DNA from: Candidatus Lokiarchaeum ossiferum
GTDB taxonomy: Archaea; Asgardarchaeota; Lokiarchaeia; Sigyniarchaeales; Promethearchaeaceae
DNA: 32,000 bases
Reading direction: 5' to 3'
Assembly (NCBI GenBank): GCA_025839675.1
Contig: CP104013.1
Coordinates: forward strand, 1,890,001 to 1,922,000
The notes under the pieces were generated by a model, which made no database searches, was not told the DNA's origin, and saw only the letters and a list, made by a program, of their open reading frames with translations. Positions 27,401 through 32,000 of this stretch are shown here, in pieces; within the stretch, counting starts at the first letter, position 1, and the number at the start of each line of letters is the position of its first letter. The translations under genes and the position numbers were made by a program.

Positions 27401-30400
27401 ACAAAGTCATATTAAACTGAATAGTTGCTGTTTCATATTCATTCAATGAAAATTGAATAGTAACATTAATCCATCCTAATCCGAATGATGATAAATTTGC
27501 AGAAGGAATAAACCATCCATATAAATTATTTGCGAAATAATTGGATGAAAATTGAGTACCATTTAGATATATATTGGAGGTTGCTCCAGCAATGTAAACA
27601 TTGTCAGCATCGTTGTAATAAGAAGCATTTATATGTAGCCCATATTGCATAAATACTCGATAACCAGCATTTGGATTTATTAATGCTAATGGAAAAGAAT
27701 TTCTTGTCGGTTGATATATATCTTCATCAAAATCTCCGTATGTTTCTAATAAAATTATATTCAAATTTGTTGAAACAGAAGCGTTGGTTAAAATGTCGTG
27801 TCCAAAATGAAATTCAATGGGATGAACTCCAAGACCAATACTGGTTAAATTTGAGACAGACAGCTTAAAACCAAATGTATGAGCAGAGGGATTAAACCAA
27901 TAAATTGAATAATTTGTATTTAAAAATTCTATAAATACCATCGATGGATCATCAATATATTGTAAATTCCCGAAATCATAGTACGATACATTGATATTCA
28001 TTTCATAATGCATATATACATCGTACGAACCACTTGTTGGACTAATGTTATTTGAACTTCGTGGAATTTGTTGTACCAATTCAACTTGGATATCTGTGGA
28101 TAATTCATTAACAGTAATGTTAAACGAATATTCAAAGTAATCATAATCGGTCGCATTGAATTGAAAAGTCAAATTGTATGTATTTTTTAATAATAGAATT
28201 TTGCTAATATTCCATGAATAAATTCCATTTTGAGTTGAAGTTCGAAAGAAATTTTGACCATTGAAAGTTAAATTAGCAGTATGAGCATCAATTATATTTA
28301 TACCATCTAAAGCATCAAAATAAGTGATGTTGATTAACAAATAATAATTATTATATACAATATATCCCTTAGCTGGATCAAGTAGATCAAAGTAATCGCA
28401 AGTATTACCATTGCGATCTGGTTGAGTAATTTCATCATTTAAATCCGCGCTAGTTGGAATGTTGGTGATTGTTATATTGAAAGAATATGTAACAGGATTA
28501 TAATCACTCAAGAAAAAAGTAATTGAGATATTTGATGTACCGAGTGGTAAATCAAGATTATCGATCACCCAAGTATATTGATCATTTGCATTAAATGACG
28601 GAGTATTGCTATAAAATACGCTATCAATGTATAAAGTTCCAGTAGCACCTGAAGGTACAAACACAGAATTATTCGTGTCAAAATATGTAACATTTACCAA
28701 AACATCATAATGAGTATAGGTAGTGAAGCCCAATTCGGGGCTTTGAAAAATGAGTAGATCATCATTTCGTTCTGGCTGAGATATGTGGTCAAATACAACA
28801 GATGTAGTTAAATTTCGCACATCAAGAGTAATGGTTATTGAAGTAGCATTTTCAAAATCTATTAGACCATAATAAAGAGTTATTGTATGTATTCCTATCG
28901 TTAACCATGATGATGGAACAGTATATAAATATGTGCCATCCCCATGATTGGTCATTGTATAATTATCCGAGCCATCCCATTCTAAATTGCGTAAACTAGC
29001 ATCTGCAACACCTGATGCAGTAAGGGTAGCGAGATAAGATCCTTCAATTTGAAGATCGTAATGTGCATATACAACATATTGCCCAGTCTCTTGATGCAAT
29101 TGATTTGCGGTATGATCTGTCTGTGTTATACTCGTATAAGTGGCAATAGTCTCTAAATCGAGAACTGTGATATTAAATGAAGTACTTGCATTTTGATAAT
29201 TATCAAAACTTACATCAATTGTAATATTATATTCTCCAGATGAATATCCCGTAAAATCAAGTGTACCTTCATTTCTAGTTCTTATTTGAACATAGCTAAA
29301 TGTAGCAGAAGCAATTGAGTTTGGAACACCATTAATATAAACAAAATAAGTGAAATCATCAAATTGAATAGCAGGTATATTAAGGCTTCCAGAATCTAGA
29401 TCAATATACTGAAAATTAACAGCTACACTACGATCTTGTTGAAATATTGAAAAATCATTTCCAGATCCAGTTAAAGTTGGTTCAGATAATCCAAGAGAGC
29501 CAATAGATGTAGCATTTCCTGATATATTGAATCCAACAAAAAGAATGCTAGTTAAATAATTTGGACTATAAGTTAAATTAATTCTAAGTAGATATTCACC
29601 AACATTAATTCTGGAAATTCCGCTTGAGCCCAATGAAACATTAACTAAGTAAGCACCATTACCTAAAGACCATAATCTGTAGGCTGACGTTTCATCCGTA
29701 GTCCAATTTGTATTACTTGTCCCTTCATATACATATAATGCACTATTAGGAACATCATTTAAACCTGAACTGATAGAAATATCATCCACATTTATGATTA
29801 TTGATAGATTTTTGTTGCTCGGACGTGAAATAACGGTATTATTTAAAGATACCAAAGATATTGCAGTTGACGCAGGAGTAGTTGTAATATTGAAAATAAA
29901 ATCTTGTGGTTGGTAATTACTTGCACTGATTGAAAAATTAAACAAGTATTCATTCACAATTGGAACGCTTGTATTTAATTCAATAGTATAATGGCCATTT
30001 GCAGACTCAACATAACTCCATTCAAATGAATCAATTTCATTCACGGAAATAAATGCATTTGAAATACCTTCTGTTGGCTGTGAAATATTGTAATATTGCA
30101 TTTCATAAGTAGCATTAATCCCTCTAATTGCATTGAAATCATTTGATGTAATATCTTGAACTTGGGTTGGATATTCTACTGTTAATTCATAAGTAAATGT
30201 ATGATTCATATATTTAGAATTGTTTATCATAATTGTGAGTACGTGATCACCTGCGGGATATGTTGAAGGATCGATAGTTACATTGTAGGTATTATCTGCA
30301 TTATTTTGAGCCGTATTTTCAACCCAACCCGAAATATCTGAAAATCCAATTGTTGCACCAGCAATATGGACAGGAGAATTAGTTATATCTTCATATGATA

Positions 30401-32000
30401 CAGAAATATTGAATGGAATGTCATTTGTATGAACAATAGAACCATTAGCGTGGGGACTACTAGTAGAATATTGTGAGACACCTGCAATGAAAACACTAGT
30501 ATCGTAAACTGAAACATCTGTTTCATTACTCCAAACCAATTGAACGCGAAAATCACCATACCCAGCAAGTGAACCCGCAGAAATATCCCAATCATCGAAG
30601 GTATTAACGGAAGTACTACTTCCTACCGATATTACTGGATTTGTTGTATACACCATTTCATCATTTACATCACTAGGATGATAAATAGTTAAATTTACGA
30701 TTCCGTTCAGATTTTCTATAAAAGTGGAATTTAATTCAAGAGTGCTATCAGAATAAGCAAAATAGGGTTCTGACAGTTCAACACCTCCTATACCAATTTT
30801 AATATCGGAAATAAAATTTGTAGAACTGCAAGTCAGTGTCCATTCTCCATTAACAGCACTAGCTCCATCTACAGTTATAATTTGGGACGTAGAATTCGAC
30901 CATATAGGTGTGTTCCATAAAACAGCACCACTTTTATCTAGGGATGTTGCAGTCCAACTTATGGGAATAGTAAAATTGATTGTTTCATATGAAAGATCTG
31001 AATCTGCACTAAGACTAGAAAAAGTTGAAGTGGAAGTCCAAGTGACATCATTACCATGATCAACCAAATATGATGTTGGAGCTTTAAATGATTGAGTATA
31101 ATTAACTGAAGTAAAATTAATATCTGCGGAATAATTCCCCCAATCAGAAGATACAATAAATTCAATATTACTAGAAGAGCAATATTCACCAATTGTATCC
31201 CAATAACCTGAATTGTGACTTGGGGAAGAAGTATTATTATTAACTGCAGTCCCATTTATAGTCAATCCAATAGATTCTGGGTCAGGAGCAGTCACACCTC
31301 CAAGATCTAATGTCACCTTAGTTAAAAAATCAACAGTATATGATTCAAATTCTGGAACGAATAAAATTCTTGGAACATCTAATTTAAAAGAGTCAGCTTC
31401 ATCCCCTTCAGTATCTTCAGATCCTCCTGAATCAGCACAATAGCGCCACCCCACAGCGAAACTATCATTATATGCCATTCGTATTCCAATAAACCATACG
31501 TTATTAACAGTATTAGAGCTAAGTAATTCTTGATTAAGATTTGTAAAATCAGCCCAGTAAGTTCCAGCTGCAGCATTTAAAGTAATACTATAATCAGAAG
31601 AAGTTAAAGCAGATTCTTTTGGAACATATCTTCCCAAGAGAGAATTCCATTCCCCACCATAAATGTGTAAATATAAATCTCCCATGTCGGTACCCGATTT
31701 AGAGATATAGAAGGATGCATCATCCAAATAGCAATCACCAGTAGTGTTGAAATTTATAACATATGTAGGAGCCAACCCAATAGGAACTACACTAAGAGGT
31801 GAAGAATCTTCAATATCATTCTGAATATCGTAAGCTTGAATATTATCAAAAGTAATATTTGTTTTTGAAGTGGTAAAACCTTGAGGAGCAGGACGACTAA
31901 AAGATGTATTAGTTTGATTAACTTCAAATAATGTAGTATTTTCGGTAGCTTGATGGAGAGTCACATTAACATTATTATAATCTCCTGAAAGAGAAGGAGA
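24432..32000 (-). CDS. giant single-pass membrane protein (partial): extracellular tandem Ig/beta-sandwich-like modules, cytoplasmic longin/roadblock-like domain and helical-repeat tail
   Basis: The frame is open from the TAA at 24432 to the window edge. The GTG at 31964 is only the first in-window start, and codons 31965-32000 are also open. At least 1,858 N/S/T/Y-rich residues contain dozens of N-x-S/T sequons and recurring ...SFNITV module ends. A single TM helix, WFLPALLILVGSVSLAIVV, spans 26322-26378 and is followed by QKK (positive-inside). The cytoplasmic region is 626 aa. Confidence 0.85.
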   Translation of the reverse strand, partial: SPSLSGDYNNVNVTLHQATENTTLFEVNQTNTSFSRPAPQGFTTSKTNITFDNIQAYDIQNDIEDSSPLSVVPIGLAPTYVINFNTTGDCYLDDASFYISKSGTDMGDLYLHIYGGEWNSLLGRYVPKESALTSSDYSITLNAAAGTYWADFTNLNQELLSSNTVNNVWFIGIRMAYNDSFAVGWRYCADSGGSEDTEGDEADSFKLDVPRILFVPEFESYTVDFLTKVTLDLGGVTAPDPESIGLTINGTAVNNNTSSPSHNSGYWDTIGEYCSSSNIEFIVSSDWGNYSADINFTSVNYTQSFKAPTSYLVDHGNDVTWTSTSTFSSLSADSDLSYETINFTIPISWTATSLDKSGAVLWNTPIWSNSTSQIITVDGASAVNGEWTLTCSSTNFISDIKIGIGGVELSEPYFAYSDSTLELNSTFIENLNGIVNLTIYHPSDVNDEMVYTTNPVISVGSSTSVNTFDDWDISAGSLAGYGDFRVQLVWSNETDVSVYDTSVFIAGVSQYSTSSPHANGSIVHTNDIPFNISVSYEDITNSPVHIAGATIGFSDISGWVENTAQNNADNTYNVTIDPSTYPAGDHVLTIMINNSKYMNHTFTYELTVEYPTQVQDITSNDFNAIRGINATYEMQYYNISQPTEGISNAFISVNEIDSFEWSYVESANGHYTIELNTSVPIVNEYLFNFSISASNYQPQDFIFNITTTPASTAISLVSLNNTVISRPSNKNLSIIINVDDISISSGLNDVPNSALYVYEGTSNTNWTTDETSAYRLWSLGNGAYLVNVSLGSSGISRINVGEYLLRINLTYSPNYLTSILFVGFNISGNATSIGSLGLSEPTLTGSGNDFSIFQQDRSVAVNFQYIDLDSGSLNIPAIQFDDFTYFVYINGVPNSIASATFSYVQIRTRNEGTLDFTGYSSGEYNITIDVSFDNYQNASTSFNITVLDLETIATYTSITQTDHTANQLHQETGQYVVYAHYDLQIEGSYLATLTASGVADASLRNLEWDGSDNYTMTNHGDGTYLYTVPSSWLTIGIHTITLYYGLIDFENATSITITLDVRNLTTSVVFDHISQPERNDDLLIFQSPELGFTTYTHYDVLVNVTYFDTNNSVFVPSGATGTLYIDSVFYSNTPSFNANDQYTWVIDNLDLPLGTSNISITFFLSDYNPVTYSFNITITNIPTSADLNDEITQPDRNGNTCDYFDLLDPAKGYIVYNNYYLLINITYFDALDGINIIDAHTANLTFNGQNFFRTSTQNGIYSWNISKILLLKNTYNLTFQFNATDYDYFEYSFNITVNELSTDIQVELVQQIPRSSNNISPTSGSYDVYMHYEMNINVSYYDFGNLQYIDDPSMVFIEFLNTNYSIYWFNPSAHTFGFKLSVSNLTSIGLGVHPIEFHFGHDILTNASVSTNLNIILLETYGDFDEDIYQPTRNSFPLALINPNAGYRVFMQYGLHINASYYNDADNVYIAGATSNIYLNGTQFSSNYFANNLYGWFIPSANLSSFGLGWINVTIQFSLNEYETATIQFNMTLFYLETTFDFISISQPSHHSQGLDYNGETMGYTVYMPYDLVIAYEYLDSTNNLRISNAELTNLTFDGENYLSPLIENGVYSWTINAANFEVGTYNISILIGLKNYVNQSVSFNITLTILPTKSDFYGISQPEQETGLISINSENSYVVFSPFGIQFNITYIDGVTDNFLSGAIATCYYNGELIALNSSNSGNYGWFISSSELVIGTGPITIQLSLSSCQTVSYSFNITVIGEYAVLIEKIYMPDTLVQGESYDIIFKLSYTNGSTSYPIIDGDVRLLTNKTEISVLVGVTNATGHVVFTFIAPQGDYQNLVLTIEYGGELYGVSDQASAFSAKIVSPTILPSWFLPALLILVGSVSLAIVVQKKVIAPRKMHYTDLVMSSSTIFDDAINLHHIMIIHKATGVSLFFKSFAEEELDPDLISGFLSAVQSFGKEIKSQKSLNELSYGDKILLFSDGVFIRVTLVLGKSASPYMKRNLAKFVGRFEADYHTKLEKWRGQLNTFADAGDLIDDILNTSVILPHQYNADSKLLKGISRALTKQILEISKTLITEERNFMFLAQLLSVAIDQTKKQPGEIILSITELLDAKILTPIKLDVLEEQALTDQELRTLRERVWAIPNKSEDEKQQILTDVTQLSEAERDVAIQSLSQTLTITSETTGEVIKSKIFETEGDARKEIKELNKLAKKALKSHEFDEAIRNYEIAEVIAYQWNMENLGKTYGNLVLSNTVTKYKTTLKQKTKEGQKFMKAKEFQSAFNAFKLALEAAHSLFKMGYIEVEDNIKDLVKRSGEALKYCEDSVCDKEYYTKETLIEYRKFLLKELKTATKAKDLFMQTELNTKLLLISNILFKFGIGAENSNIKKYHSDIDNLLKKMNELDGEMKTAMDGVRAGFIQSKEILMEEAISFEKVEDWINALITYQKILDIYCKIGDADNALNLRTKIDILIQKIPDLHDSITYFSQECDRHRNESKDANMAEICLDNANLLKDAIFYRD
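26718..29162 (-). repeat. seven tandem protein-level modules (113-119 aa each) within the giant ORF
   Basis: Hand-delimited from the translation, residues 935-1749 relative to the in-window start. Module lengths are 115, 117, 119, 119, 117, 115 and 113 aa. Each has an (I/V)xQP(x)R-like segment near its start, a G-Y-x-V-Y...Y-x-L-x-I-N-x-T-Y core and a Y-S-F-N-I-T-(V/I/L) end. The modules are divergent at DNA level, so this is not a nucleotide satellite. Confidence 0.8.

Noticed and set aside
30383-31576. Minus-strand ORFs 30383-30595, 30959-31255 and 31379-31576 (hydrophobic I/L-rich)
   Set aside because: They are alternative frames nested inside the giant ORF. Their I/L richness is what an off-frame reading of AT-rich N/S/T/Y codons produces.
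24432-32000. Possibility that the repetitive giant-ORF region is a CRISPR array, satellite or mobile element
   Set aside because: The repeats exist at protein level only, in units of about 350 nt that are diverged in DNA, within one continuous reading frame. There are no short identical direct repeats with spacers, no terminal inverted repeats and no transposase.

Overview
This is an AT-rich archaeal chromosomal segment. The gene content is clearly archaeal. The many eukaryote-like charged extensions and a giant surface protein suggest an Asgard/Loki-like lineage, but I cannot verify that from sequence alone.

Most of the window is information-processing genes:
- an Lrp/AsnC regulator and a CPBP protease
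- aIF2-alpha and Nop10 on the + strand, facing a minus-strand replication cluster of PCNA, PriL, PriS and a GINS-like protein
- an accessory block of about 5.8 kb: OB-fold protein, membrane acyltransferase, B12-radical SAM, GNAT and two hypotheticals
- TFS, S27e and L44e
- pyrB followed by an unusual 703-aa wHTH/ATP-cone/NrdD-like protein
- a rearranged RNAP/str cluster running rpoA1, rpoA2, L30e, S12, S7, with no rpoB upstream, no nusA and no EF genes
- a giant ORF of at least 2,522 codons that runs off the window edge

I found no tRNA, rRNA, CRISPR array or recognisable mobile element.

Observations most worth a second look:
1. The giant single-pass membrane protein. It joins tandem extracellular beta-sandwich-like modules to a cytoplasmic longin/roadblock-like domain and a helical-repeat tail.
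2. The wHTH/ATP-cone/degenerate class III RNR-like protein, which sits where pyrI normally is.
3. The conserved N-terminus of RpoA', which lies upstream of any ATG, GTG or TTG.
4. A G8/C8 homopolymer exactly at the priL/priS junction. A 1-nt change there would fuse the two primase subunits.
5. A lysine-rich C-terminal extension on RpoA' that ends in a small terminal domain.

All functional calls come from reading motifs by eye. No database search was run.
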